DNA of 63,117 nucleotides, counting the filler, from Phoronis australis (Eukaryota > Animalia > Phoronida): assembly GCA_002633005.1 (NCBI GenBank). It is 5 parts of 5 records of this genome, joined end to end, with 100 filler letters (N's around TTAATTAATTAA, not from the genome) between each part and the next. Parts side by side here need not be neighbours in the genome. Positions count along the whole stretch, not along the records: positions 28,456 to 52,952 come from NMRA01000936.1; 4 more parts are not named here. One strand, 5' to 3'. Of this stretch, positions 38,801 to 52,952 are shown piece after piece. Numbering within the stretch: position 1 is the first letter of the stretch; every line of letters starts with the position of its first letter. A program made the translations under genes and the position numbers. The notes beneath the pieces are model-generated. The model saw nothing but the letters and a program-made list of their open reading frames with translations. It searched no databases and was not told the origin of the DNA.

Positions 38801-40475
38801 AATTTCTGGCACCCAAGTGGGTACCATTCAGAGGATTTAACTCATTTGCGTAATGAAAGTTACAATTACACACTTGCATGATAAAGAAACGTAAGCAACC
38901 AACCACTCATCGCAATGGCAAAGAATCATTGAGGGCACACTCCAGATCGGAAAAGTGGGTAAATCCATTTTTGATGTTTGCACATTTCAAAATCTACAGA
39001 AATTAAACTCTTACAGGTATAGCAGATTTAGAGTCGGTCAACCTAATAAACTCTAAAGCGTTGTCTTCAGTCGCGGATTGTCTCGATGTTCTTGTTGGTT
39101 ACAGAAGTAGAATCATGTCGAGGCAAGAAATGTTATGAGAGTAAAAGATCGGATTCGATTTTCCTTTTCAACCCTTTGTAACAGGGCAAAACGCAGCTAA
39201 ACGAGAAAAAAGTGTAAGGAACGCAGTTTAATTGTAAGTCGAATAACTACCTAAATGAATTCCGATCAAACTACTCATATTTTGTTATTTAAAACTCCTA
39301 AGAAAAAAGAAGCGAAAAGTTTTACCATTCCGTCGCCAATTTGTTACTGTAAACTCGAAGTCTATTTTGTAAAACAAATAACTACTTCAAATTAACGTAG
39401 AACACTGGAAATCTACTCAGAATGTGTCGGTAATCATATCAGACTACATTGTGTTTAACGGGCAGAGGAGTGGGTGATCTGCTTCCCGCCGTTCGCTTTT
39501 TTTTTCTACACACACAAAAACGGCTTGAGCAAGAAAATAGGGTACCCGTCAAGTCATGCTCGAATTGCTTATAGACTTTCTATTAGTTTCTTGAGTAACG
39601 CTTGATTAGGCTATCTTTAACGTTGAACAATATATACGAGCTTTCGATGACTGCCAATCAAAAACTTTCCTATTGCGATTAGATTTTTGAAAGAAATAAA
39701 TGAAGCGAAATTTTTTGCCGATGCGCCGCCAGTTTGTCACTGACAAAAGTACCGATGGTAAAACGGCCTCGTCCACGAGTGGGCTCGTTTGAAACTCACA
39801 CAACATGCTGTGGAAACCGACGACATTTCGTGAGACCGCTCAAAAATAGCTTTATAGGGACAATTTACTATAAAGGGGTGTACAACATGGTTGATGACCG
39901 ACATTAAAGATAATGTCATTTCTGTTTCGTCTGAAAATACCGCATGAGATTACATAGGAAGATAACCGCACTGCATTTAAGGAAGAAAATGTACGTTACT
40001 ATTGAATTGGCTTACGAAGTAGAATCCTAATCGATGTGTGTCGGCCTAACATGAGTGCTCCAACAGTTAATGGCGGCCGCGGCAAAAAGAAATTTGGAGG
40101 CATTATACTGAATTCAGCTAGCATGATAACTGGCGCCTTTTTACGTCATGTGAGTATTAGGCGAGCTTTTGGCCACTATCACCCTCATTCGATGGAATAT
40201 TCGTCATTTTCCGTATGACGTTGTAATGTATATGTAGTAATGTCGGAAATGGGCGAACTTTGTATCGAGTGAGCATAAGCAACAAGCAAAACAAACGACG
40301 ACGTCATGTTGACGTTTTGTCACGGTTTCGTGGTGCCAAATCAAACTGACTTGGGGGAACCAGCGTCGTGAAAGAGGTGCACGATGTAAGTACAAGAAAG
40401 AGTACATTAAATGCCTGTTATACTTTTAAAACCAGACAACAAAAGTAATGAATAACGTATACTTTGTCTTTTTAG

Positions 40476-41456
40476 GTTTTCAAACTGTTCAAGAGCCAGG
40501 ATTACCAGGGGCAGTAAAAATAACTTCGGTCACTGGAATGCTGTTTCAAGTAAGTGAAAAATATATAGTAGAGGATATCTGGTAAATTCATTAAACTATT
40601 CAATCCAAATTCTTTCTTCATTGAGTATCTGAAGTTATTAATGGGGACAGACTAAGTTCGAAGTATCCGTCATCGTCCATTTACCTAAAATTTACTATAC
40701 GTTCTTTTCACAGTCTCGTTTCCAAGACTTACCACCGTAATAGCATGGGTAGCTCAGTTGTTTCACAAGACTTGGCATCGCAACAGCTAAAACATCACTA
40801 AGCAACTGGGAAGAAATACTTAGTATATCGTTTTAGACTAAAATTTCCTGCTGTCTGTCCGCAAGACCATGATCGGCGAATAAAACGACACTCTAGCAAG
40901 TCAACCTGTGGATCCCTATCTCGAGCAATGACGAACTGTCAGTCCTCTGCAAGCCTCACCCTTATGGTACAATTTGAAACTAATTTCTAAGTGCTCTAAG
41001 CCAAAGATTGTTTTTGTGTCGGCAGACTGGTTTATAGCCACTGTGTTTTCGTTGAATATCTGACATTACCGCTGGAGCGTGCCAAAATTCGATGAAGTGT
41101 CTGTCGTAATCCAAATGATCGAAATGTTAGTACGTGTATTTTTCAGGTGCCATTTCAAACACGGGCTCCTTAACCGGACTCGACACTGTAATAATATTCA
41201 GCAACCGTCTTTCACCTTCACCGAGCTTTGACAAGGATAGGGTAATCCTTTGACTAGTTACAGCAAACTTTTTGATTGTTAGAAATTGCTACACTCAATA
41301 GATAAAATAATCAGAATAAAGTAGCTGAGAATAAATACGTTGGTATGTCATTGTTATAACTTTCTAATACAGATTCCTCTCACAAGACGTTGCCAGCGCC
41401 ATGTTTCCAATGAAAGAGCGAGCAACATGAGATAATCATCCCTGCGGGAACTATCC
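40476..41456 (+). other. Second cluster of short exon-like segments (40476-40549, 40714-, 41147-41241, 41373-41456), paralogous to the 33.7-kb cluster
   Basis: Canonical splice signals; shared exon ends and intron starts with the first cluster. 41373-41456 has stops in all three frames. Confidence 0.5.
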
Positions 41457-44400
41457 GTAAGTAGCTTAAAGCGTGCATTAGATTTCTAGTTAAAGGTTGG
41501 AACTAAAAGAAAAATAGAATAAATCAAGAATTGATATTGATGTTTTAAAATGACATTATCGGAGAGAAAATGATTTTATGAGAATAGTCCCAGCGGCAGC
41601 ATCCAACCCCCCTGCCATTGAGGTACTTTAAATTGATCTAAGTGGAAGAATATTTTAATTATAAGTGTATAGTCAAATGACCTGCGTTGATTATCGACAA
41701 TAAATCTCTGGTAGACAACGGCCATAATTGCCGACTTATTATCAAATCCAAAAAACAAAACGAGTTTTATTGTTTGATTGTTTTATAGCTCTGGTCAAAG
41801 CTAGCAACTTCAAGAAGTGTATCCCTCAAAAATACCAATATGCGTTTTTCGGCAGGAAAAACCATAATGTACATGTAAGTTACTAAGGAAGTCAGTGTCA
41901 TAAAACCTATGGATAGTGCTTGCAATTGCTGGAATGTATCACGGAAAAGGCAGATCTCCAACAGAGGATCCCTAGAAGAAATATACAACAAGTTAAAAAC
42001 TGTTTTCTTCAATGCTTAGTCCATATTTTATTTTTGTCGACAATCTGAGGTAAATTTTCGTGGTGAAAACCTAAGACCTATAGAGTGTATGACGTCATCC
42101 GAACAACCGGTATACTTTGCAGGATCGTTTGGAAAACTCGTCACTAACCACGAGATCGTTTGACAAGACTTGGTCCCGCAACAGCCATTGACCCTCTTAG
42201 TACACTGATCAAATGAGTGCGGGTAACCTTAGGCATTGAGAAGAAAGAGATAATGGTTTGTACATTGTATAGTTGTTGGCTACATTCTTTGATACTCGGA
42301 AGTTGTTGAATTTTTGAAAAAAAACCACTAAATTGAAAAAATAAGCTATCACTATGCTATATCAGATAGACATCTTGAGACCACACATAGGACCCATCTA
42401 TCATCATAAGATAAAGATACGGTGGAAATGAGGAAAAGCTATGTGAGGGAATCAGTGCTTGAAAACGCCACAGCTCCGTCATTTTAGCCAAGCTTGCGAC
42501 CTTTCTTCAAATATCACAGAGACGCTTGCAAGCTTGTTTTAACGACTTGTCTTGTCATTTCAGCCACAACAGTCTCCTCATTTTTGGCTTTCATTGGCTG
42601 TAGATAGTTCATGGCTACTGATTGACAAACATCACCGCCGTGTCCATTCCCTCCGTCGTTCAACTCCAAAGCAGTCAATCGCATCACTGAAACTGCTTTC
42701 AGAAGAGAAAAACGCACCATTTGCTGATATCAGGTGGATTTTTTTTCAAAATTGAACAACTAAAAGTATCACATCCATTTTCAATAAAGTATACATGGCA
42801 GAACCAGCTATACGTTTTAAGCCTATAACTTTAGTTCAAGTCGATGTTGTTACTTCATCACTAGTGTCACGTGATGTTATCGCGCTTTTTATTATAGAAA
42901 TACCCAAACGAAATGCCAACATCAACTGGAAAAAGTACCATCATTACAGAATCCCCCAACCAGTTCGCCAGGCAAACGATGTCACGAGGCAGGTAATTGA
43001 GATTTGTACCAAAATATCTGTAGAGATGCAGGTATATGTATTTGTAGTCTTGACAACGTGATGACGTTGATATGCAAATTTTCAGTGCTGCGGTGTACGA
43101 ATGCATTGCCATCGTTGCTACAAATGGTTTACATACTCTTAATTTACTTGCACATTTTGTAATCAAATGCCAGAAACTTTGATGCACTTATTTGTATATT
43201 TTAAGTACACCAGAACCTTCTGGGACNAATTCTTTCTTCATTGAGTATCTGAAGTTATTAATGGGGACAGACTAAGTTCGAAGTATCCGTCATCGTCCAT
43301 TTAACTAAAATTTACTTTACGGTCTTTTCACAGTCTCGTTTCCAAGACTTACCACCGTAATAGTATGGGTAGCTCAGTTGTTTCACAAGACTTGGCATCG
43401 CAACAGCTAAAACATCACTGAGCAACTGGGAAGAAATACTTAGTATATCGTTTCAGAGTAAAATTTCCTGCTATCTGTCCGCAAGACCGTGATCGGCGTA
43501 TAAAACGACACTCTAGCAAGTCAACCCGTGGATCCCTATCTCGAGCAATGACGAACTGTCAGTCCTCTGTAAGGTTCAAACTTAAGGTACAATTTGAAAC
43601 TAATTTCTAAGTGCTCTAAGCCAAAGATTGTTTTTGTGTCGGCAGACTGGTTTATAGCCACTGTGTTTTCGTTGAATATCTGACATTACCGCTGGTGCGT
43701 GCCAAAATTCGATGAAGTGTCTGTCGTAACCCAAATGATCGAAATGTTAGTACGTGTATTTTTCAGGTGCCATTTCAAACACGAGCTCCTTAACTGGACT
43801 CGGCACTGTAATATTCAGCAACCGTCTTTCACCTTCACCGGGCTTTGACAAGGATAAGGTAATCCTTTGACTATAGTTACAGCAAACTTTTTGATTGTTA
43901 GAAATTGCTACACTCAATAGATAAAATAATCAAAATAAAGTAGCTGAGAATAAATACGTTGGTATGTCATTGTTATAACTTTCTAATACAGATTCCTCTC
44001 ACAAGACGTTGCCAGCGCCATGTTTCCAATGAAAGAGCGAGCAACATGAGCTAATCATCCCTGCGGGAAGTATCCGTAAGTAGCTTAAAGCGTGCATTAG
44101 ATTTCTAGTTAAAGGTTGGAACTAAAAGAAAAATAGAATAAACCAAGAATTGATATTGATGTTTGAAAATGACAATATCGTAGAGAAAATGATTTTATGA
44201 GAATAGTCCCAGCGGCAGCATCCAACCCCCCTGCCATTGAGGTACTTTAAATTGATCTAAGTGGAAGAATATTTTAATTATAAGTGTATAGTCAAATGAC
44301 CTGCGTTGATTATCGACAGTAAATCTCTGGTAGACAACGGCCATAATTGCCGACTTATTATGAAATACAAAAAACAAAACGAATTTTATTGTTTGATTGT

Positions 44401-47400
44401 TTTATAGCTCTGGTCAAAGCTAGCAACTTCAAGAAGTGTATCCCTCAAAAATACCAAAATGCAGTAAAAACCATAATGTACATGTAAGTTACTAAGGAAA
44501 TCGGTGTCATAAAACCTATGGATAGTGCTTGCAGTTGCTGGAATGTATCACGGAAAAGGCAGATCTCCAACAGCGGATCACTAGTAGAAATATACAACAA
44601 GTTAAAAACTGTTTTCTTCAATGCTTAGTCCATATTTTATTTTTGTCGACAATCTGAGGTAAATTTTCGTGGTGAAAACCTAAGACCTATAGAGTGTATG
44701 ACGTCATCCGAACAACCGGTATACTTTGCAGGATCGTTTGGAACACTCGTCACTAACCACGAGATCGTTTGACAAGACTTGGTCCCGCAACAGCCATTGA
44801 CCCTCTTAGTACACTGATCAAATGAGTGCGGGTAACCGTAGGCATTGAGAAGAAAGAGATAATGGTTTGTACATTGTATAGTTGTTGGCTACATTCTTTG
44901 ATACTCGGAAGTTGTTGCATTTTTGAAAAAAAACCACTAAATTGAAAAAGTAAGTTATCACTATGCTATATCAGATAGACATCTTGAGACCACACATAGG
45001 ACCCATCTATCATCATAAGATAAAGATACGGTGGAAATGAGGAAAAGCTATGTGAGGGAATCAGTGCTTGAAAACGCCACAGCTCCGTCATTTTAGCCAA
45101 GCTTGCGATCTTTCTTCAAATATCACAGAGACGCTTGCAAGCTTGTTTTAACGACTTGTCTTGTCATTTCAGCCACAACAGTCTCCTCATTTTTGGCTTT
45201 CATTGGCTGTAGATAGTTTATGGCTACTGATTGACAAACATCACCGCCGTGGCCATTCCCTCCGTCGTTCAACTCCAAAGCAGTCAATCGCATCACTGAA
45301 ACTGCTTTCAGAAGAGAAAAACGCACCATTTGCTGATATCAGGTGGATTTTTTTTTTCAAAATTGAACAACTAAAAATATCACATCCATTTTCAATAAAG
45401 TATACATGGCAGAACCAGCTATACGTTTTAAGCCTATAACTTTAGTTCAAGTCGATGTTGTTACTTCATCACTAGTGTCACGTGATGTTATCGCGCTTTT
45501 TATTANCAAAATGCGTTTTTCGGCAGTAAAAACCATAATGTACATGTAAGTTACTAAGGAAGTCAGTGTCATAAAACCTATGGATAGTGCTTGCAATTGC
45601 TGGAATGTATCACGGAAAAGGCAGATCTCCAACAGCGGATCCCTAGTAGAAATATACAACAAGTTAAAAACTGTTTTCTTCATTGCTTAGTCCATATTTT
45701 ATTTTTGTCGACAATCTGAGGTAAATTTTAGTGGTGAAAACCTAAGACCTATAGAGTGTATGACGTCATCCGAACAATCGGTATACTTTGCAGGATCGTT
45801 TGGAACACTCGTCACTACCCCACGAGATCGTTTGACAAGACTTGGTCCCGCAACAGCCATTGACCCTCTTAGTACACTGATCAAATGGGTGCGGGTAACC
45901 TTAGGCATTGAGAAGAAAGAGATAATGGTTTGTACATTGTATAGTTGTTGGCTACATTCTGTGATACTCGGAAGTTGTTGCATTTTTGAAAAAAAAACAC
46001 TAAATTGAAAAAGTAAGCTATCACTATGCTATATCAGATAGACATCTTGAGACCACACATAGGACCCATCTATCACCATAAGAACAAGATACGGTGGAAA
46101 TGAGGAAAAGCTATGTGAGGGAATCAGTGCTTGAAAACGCCACAGCTCCGTCATTTTAGCCAAGCTTGCGATCTTTCTTCAAATATCACAGAGACGCTTG
46201 CAAGCTTGTTTTAACGACTTGTCATTTCAGCCACAACGGTCTCCTCATTTTTGGCTTTCATTGGCTGTAAATAGTTTATGGCTACTGATTGACAAACATC
46301 ACCGCCGTGGCCATTCCCTCCGTCGTTCAACTCCAAAGCAGTCAATCGCATCACTGAAACTGCTTTCAGAAGAGAAAAACGCACCATTTGCTGATATCAG
46401 GTGGATTTTTTTTCAAAATTGAACAACTAAAAATATCACATCCACTTTCAATAAAGTATACATGGCAGAACCAGCTATACGTTTTAAGCCTATAACTTTA
46501 GTTCAAGTCGATGTTGTTACTTCATCACTAGTGTCACGTGATGTTATCGCGCTTTTTATTATAGAAATCCAAAACGAAATGCCAACATGAACTGGAAAAA
46601 GTACCATCATTACAGAAACCCCCAACCAGTCCGCCAGGCAAACGATGTCAGGTAATTGAGATTTGTACCAAAATATCTGTAGAGATGCAGGTATATGTAT
46701 TTGTAGTCTTGACAACGTGATGACGTTGATATGCAAATTTTCAGTGCTGCGGTGTATGAATGCATTGCCATCGTTGCGACAAATGGTTTACACACTCTTA
46801 ATTTACTTACACATTTTGTAATCAAATGGCAGAAACTTTGATGCACTGATTTGTATATTTTAAGTACACCAGAACCTTCTGGGACGATGTTTTCGAATTT
46901 TACTTTAGTGATAGCGATGAAACATTAATGAACGCTAATGTTTTTTTTGTAACTAACAACACATATTCGTCTACAAATTTATTTTTGGTTCTAGCGAAAT
47001 ATCACATATACTGTCCATGTTGGGGGGTTACCATCTGTTAATGCTTTTGCGAATATTTGGAAAGAGTATTATCTTACAGAGAAATANAGAGATGCAGGTA
47101 TATGTATTTGTAGTCTTGACAACGTGATGACGTTGATATGCAAATTTTCAGTGCTGCGGTGTATGAATGCATTGCCATCGTTGCGACAAATGGTTTACAT
47201 ACTCTTAATTTACTTACACATTTTGTAATTAAATGCCAGAAACTTTGATGCACTTATTTGTATATTTTAAGTACACCAGAACCTTCTGGGACGATGTTTT
47301 CGAATTTTACTTTAGTGATAGCGATGAAACATTCATGAACGCTAATGTTTTTTTTGGAATTAACAACACATATTCGTCTACAAATTTATTTTTGGTTCTA

Positions 47401-47490
47401 GCAAAATATCACAAAAACTGTCCATGTTGGGGGGTTACCATCTGTTAATGCTTTTGCGAATATTTGGAAAGAGTATTATCTTACAGAGAA
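40608..47490. repeat. Near-identical staggered duplications joined by single Ns (43227, 45506, 47086); probably redundant contigs or haplotypes
   Basis: 43228 restarts at the 40608 sequence, 45507 at ~41836 and 47087 at ~46680; copies differ only by scattered SNPs and indels. Same pattern at 48134 and 48682. Confidence 0.9.
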
Positions 47491-47660
47491 ATATATTTTT
47501 AGAAAAATAGTCAGTTTGATAGATTTAGAAATAGGTGGTTACAATTTGCTCATATTATTGAAAATTAAGCGACCATTGAGTGGTGCGTGCGTGTACGTAC
47601 GTGTTCATTGTTATTTACATTGTAATATTGCATTTTGATGATAAATGTATTTAAAAAATA
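47087..47660 (+). mobile_element. L1/Tx1 LINE 3' fragment (ORF2 C-terminal Cys/His region, 3' UTR and A-tail); redundant copies at ~43020-43226 and ~46680-47085
   Basis: TFCN.MPETLMHLFVYFKYTRTFWDDV...NVFFGINN...NLFLVLAKYH...TEKYI...NRW matches the L1/Tx1 ORF2 C-terminus; ends in an A-run near 47655. Confidence 0.8.
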
Positions 47661-47733
47661 TTAGAAGAGTGAGCCACTTCAAAAGCAGCTCTTACAATGA
47701 ACATTATTTTGCTTGTTATGGTTGAAAGGAATA

Positions 47734-48428
47734 CCAGCGACCTCGCTTAACTCGTCCCCTTTGGCACCGCGAAAATGAGACGACTTATAAGAGTGACGAC
47801 TCATATTTCAGTCTTCGTTTTGACGACGTAAGTGTGATATACTTGTACTTACTTATATTGCGATGATGGCCTGGTATATCAATTTCTACATCATCGATTT
47901 CTAATGATTAGCATGTGTAGTTTGGTAAATTCAGATAAAGGTCGTTTTCGTCATCATTTATATATCAAATGTAGTTTCATTGTAAATGGCAGGTTAGGTA
48001 ACAAATATTCGAGACCGGGTTAGATCTATCGACTTTAATCTTTGATATTTTATTTGTATAGGGGTGAAGTCTGACTTCGATTGACAGTTCTTTGCAACAT
48101 CTCTTGTTGCCAGCGCTACTATGCATGAGCTCANGCCAGCGCTACTTTGCATGAGCTTAAACTCTCACGATCATATTTGTTGAAAATAAGCATGACAACA
48201 CAAGTCAATTTGTGACAACTTACCTGAAAGTGTTTGCATATTAATGTCGGATATTCTCGCTTTTGAGACACGAGTTAAGCGAACACGACCACTTAAACAC
48301 GTGTACTTAACCGTGAACATTTACATGTTACTAAATAAGCGTGATAAGCGTGTAAAAGGAACCAAGAACATGCGATGACTTCTACAGACGGACGAATTAT
48401 GCGATGAAGAGTTAAGCGAGGTGGCTTG
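47734..48428. mobile_element. Tc1/mariner (pogo/Tigger-like) MITE
   Basis: TA|ccagcgacctcgcttaactc ... gagttaagcgaggtggcttg|TA: inverted termini flanked by TA. Confidence 0.75.
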
Positions 48429-49754
48429 TATTCAGGATTATCTGCAGTTTGACTGAATTTACGATTTTCAGCGTTTTAGAATTACCTGTATTGATGACCG
48501 GAGTGTTTACTTTTGAAGCCATTATATGAGTGAGACGTACTTCGTTGGTCAGCGATAGAGCATGTTAATTTGGAAATAGCTTTTTACTCAAATACATTTA
48601 AATTAAAATTGAATTATATTGTAAAACTTCAGATCGAATTATACCGATATTGTTTTTTTAAACACCAAACTTAGCTTATTANGAACCAAGAACATGCGAT
48701 GACTTCTACAGACGGACGAATTATGCGATGAAGAGTTAAGCGAGGTGGCTTGTATTCAGGATTATCTGCAGTTTCACTGAATTTACCATTTTCAGTGTTT
48801 TACAATTACCTGTATTGATGACCGGAGTGTTAATTACCTTTAAAGGCATTATATGATGAGACGTACTTCGTTGGTCAGCGATAGAGCATGTTAATTTGGA
48901 AATAGTTTTTTACTCAAATACATTTAAATCAAAATTGAATTATATTGTAAAAATTCAGATCGAATTATACCGATATTGTTTTTTTAAACACCAAACTTAG
49001 CTTATTAGAACGACAATAAACTCGAGTTTCGCTGAAGAAGCTAACTTTTGATTTCGATCAATAGAACCACTGTAAAATTGGTCTCAACTAGTTCCTTACT
49101 GATATGATAAGTGGTCTTTGGTCTTTCAAAGAACTGACAGTTCGTCATTATCGGTTCCGTGGTCGGGAATAAAAATACACTTATTGACAAATCGAACTGT
49201 AGAATTTAATCTCATGCAATATGGAGTTGTCAGTTCTTTCGCAAGCCCCAAAAGCACACCTACTTTAATCAATTTGAGACCAATTTCATGAAGCAATGTG
49301 GCTTTATAACCGTTTGAAAATGTAGCAGAAAAATACAGGGTATTGCGTTCCGATTGTCGTGCCGATTTGATTGTATCCTTGAATAACAATGTTTTTTTCT
49401 TTCCAGGGAAATAAATTGTGTCCTCAAACTGACGCTTTTAGTCGAACATCAAGTGCTTTGTATGCGCTGATTTTTTTCCCGATATTTCACGAATCTTCCG
49501 TATCTTTTCGATCTTTTTCATTTGTTGAACTCAACGGGGGTTTGGTTTTTGAACCGTGGGGATTCATATCGCTTATTACTCACTCATTTGTATAATGTGT
49601 CCTCATTTTGTTGCGGGGACACTTCCAAGCTCTTCATGAAGACTATGACTAGTATTTTATGGCAAAGAAATATTAGTATTTGCAATTTCTGATGACCAAC
49701 GCGTTGTTGCGATACAGAAACACATTGTCAAAAAGTTAGTCATGTTGGAAAATG

Positions 49755-52700
49755 AATCAACACCATCCTACCCCCACCGGAACCATTCCAGTGCCACCAA
49801 AACCTCACCGCGACCACTTTTGACATGAGCCTAGTTCATTGTGCTTCTCCGTGCTTATCCGAGTAGACAGATATCTTAGCTCAGTTAGCCCGGTCTGTTG
49901 AAGTAAAAGTAAAATGAAAGCCAGTCCTGTTTATCGTAACATTTCGATTGCTTGTTCAAACAGTAAATCTAAAATTTAAATGTTTCAATGTTTGGCTTTC
50001 TCTAATTTATGTTTTTCTCATCTTTTTTATGGTCTGTGCAGATCAATAGAAAATTGACATTCAATACGCCTGACATTCTAATTTGCTGGTCTATCATAAC
50101 CGTTGCATTTGCACCGCTTTGCTAAGCACGTCATTCACTTGCACGGCTCTCCTTCCATCGCCAACGCTTAGTATAGACCTATCATAACCACCTATTCTGT
50201 TTTCAGGTACTCCACTGGCAGCCTCCAGTGAAAGGGAGTAGCGACCATTCCTAGAGGAGCTGACACCGATCCCTTAAAATTACATGAAACACGTTCACCT
50301 CCTCCATATCTACCACGCTACCATCATGTCCTCCCATGTACCACAACCACCTCTATCCCTACCATTGTCACCCCACCAATTCCTGAACTAAGTTGTGATA
50401 GTGAGATGATTCTGAAAATGCCAGAAGACAACTAATGCCCAAAACACCACCAATGCCCACATTGGCGTCGCAACAATTTCCACCACGAATCTCCTCACTA
50501 CCTCCCCATCACACACAACCACATAATCAGGACCATCCCACCACCATCGAGGACTTTTTGTGAAAGAGCAACAACTTGGCAAGCACCCAAATTACTACCA
50601 TCGCAATAGTCACCTTTTCCATGATCACCATAACTACAATCACCATTGCACTCCAACTGCACTATTTTTATATTCACGATGTCTTCTTCCGTTAACCCTA
50701 CAACTACCCCCATCAGAAGCACTCCACTAACACCAAAACCTCACCACAACCACTTTTGACATAATCCAAGTTCATTGTGCTTCCCCTTGGTTATCCGAGT
50801 AGACAGATATCCTAGCTCAGTTAGCCCGGTCTGTTGAACATATTTTCAAAAGTAAAGTGAAAGCTAGTCCTGTTTCATGTAACATCTCGACTGCTTGTTC
50901 AAACAGTAAATCTAAAATTTAAATGTTTCAATGTTTGGCTTTCTGTAATTTCTGTTTTCCACGTGTTTTTTCGAGTGAGTGCAGATCAATAGAAAATTAT
51001 CATTCAATACCTTTGAAGTTCTCTTTTGCTGATCTAACTAGACCGTTTCCGTTTTCCTTCCTAGAGGAGCTGACACCGTTCCCTTAAAATTACTCGGAAC
51101 ACGTCCACCTTCCTCTCAACCACCACGCCATCATCATGTCCTCCCCTAGCACCACCACCACCACTACCCTCACAACTTCAACCCGACCATTTCCTAAACT
51201 AAGTTGTGAGGGTGAAGGGATTCAGCAAATGCCAGAGCACAACCAATGCACAAAACACCAATAATGCCCAGAGTACCACCATTCGGTTCACCACCATTTT
51301 CAACACCAATATCCTCTGTATCCCCCCCAGACACAACTACGTCATCACGACCATCCCACCACCACCAAAACGTTTTTGTGAAAGTGGAAGAACTTGCCAA
51401 TCTCCTGAAACGTCACCATCGCCATCCTCACGATCAAAGTAACTACAATTACGATTGCTACTCAAACCACAGTTGATATATTCACATGTCCTCTTCCCGT
51501 AAATCCATCACTACCCCCACCAGAACAACTCCACTATCACCTATACCTCACCACAACCACTTTTGACACAATTAAAGTCCACTGCACTTCTCCTTGCTTA
51601 TCTGATTAGACAGATATCCTAGCTCGGTTAGCCCTGTCTGTTGAAGATATCAGTTAATCAAGAAGCTTTAAAGGTAAAATGCAAGACAGCCTCGCTTAAC
51701 GAAATATCTTGACTACTTGTTCAAAGAGTAAACCTTAACTTCAAATGTTTCAATATTTGTCCTTATGTAAATTTGTTAATTGCAAAGCGCGTCCCTCAGT
51801 TGGCCTCTTCCTGCATCACTTCATATAGATCTACCACGACCACATAAATCGTTTCAAGGTACTCTGCTGGCAGCCTCCAGTGAAGGGTGTGGCGACCCTA
51901 ACTAGAGGAGCTAACCCAATTCCCTCCACCTTCACCACACCCACCACCTCACCATCACCACCATCATGTCCCCTTCCCGTAACACCATCCTACCCCCACC
52001 AGAACCACACCACTACCACCAAACCCTCACCGCGACCACTTTTGACATAATCCTAGTTATTGTGCTTTTCCGTGCTTATCCGAGTAGACAGATATCCTAG
52101 CTCAGTTAACCCTGTCTGTTGAAGATATTTTCAAAATTAAAATAAAAGCCAGTCCTCTTTATCGTAACATCTCGATTGCTTGTTCAAACAGTAAATCTAA
52201 ATTTAATTGTTTCAATGATTGGCTTTCTGTAATTTCTGTTTTTCTCATCTTTTTTATGGTCAGTGCAGATCAATAGAAAATTGAAGTCCTCTTTATCGTA
52301 ACATCTCGATTGCTTGTTCAAACAGTAAATTTAAAATTTAAATGTTTCAATGTTTGGCTTTCTGTAATTTCTGTTTTTCTTATCTTTTTTATGGTCAGTG
52401 TAGATCAATAGAAAATTGACATTCAATACGTGCGACGTTCTAATTTGCTGGTCTAACTAAACCGTTGCATTTGCACCGCTTTGCTAAGCACCTCGTTCAA
52501 TTGCATGGCTCTCCTTCCATTGCCAACGCTTAGTATAGACCTATCATAACCACCTATTATGTTTTCAGGTACTCCACTGGCAGCCTCCAGTGAAAGGGAG
52601 TAGCGACCCTTCCTTGAGGAGCTGACACCGTTCCCTTAAAATTACATGAAACTCGCCCACCTCCTACATATTTACCACGCTACCATCATGTCCTCCCATG

Positions 52701-52952
52701 TACCACCACCACCTCTATCCCTACCATTGCTAACCCACCAATTCCTGAACTAAGTTGTGATAGTGAGACGATTCAGAAAATGCCAGAACACAACTAATGC
52801 CCAAAACACTACCAATGCCCACATTGGCGTCACAACAATTTCCAACACGAATCTCCTCAGTACCTCCCTATCACATACAACCACATAATCAGGACCATCC
52901 CACCACCATCGAGGACTTTTTGTGAAAGAGCAACAACTTGGCAAGCACCCAA
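49755..52952 (+). repeat. Tandem array of about 4 diverged 0.5-1 kb units alternating AT-rich intron-like and C/A-rich (Pro/Thr/His-coding-like) blocks
   Basis: ctacccccac...ccacttttgaca recurs near 49770, 50705, 51510 and 51990. Acceptor-like tttcag|gtactcc at 50207 and 52569 (variant 51859). All frames interrupted. Confidence 0.85.

Noticed and set aside
36600-39000. Autonomous DNA transposon or gene
   Set aside because: Only weak similarity to 27500-28010 and no recognisable peptide or termini.
42514-46846. Multi-copy small ORF family (MVRFSLLK..., MKKTVFNL..., MHQSF...)
   Set aside because: They recur only because the DNA is duplicated across redundant contigs; no domain signal.
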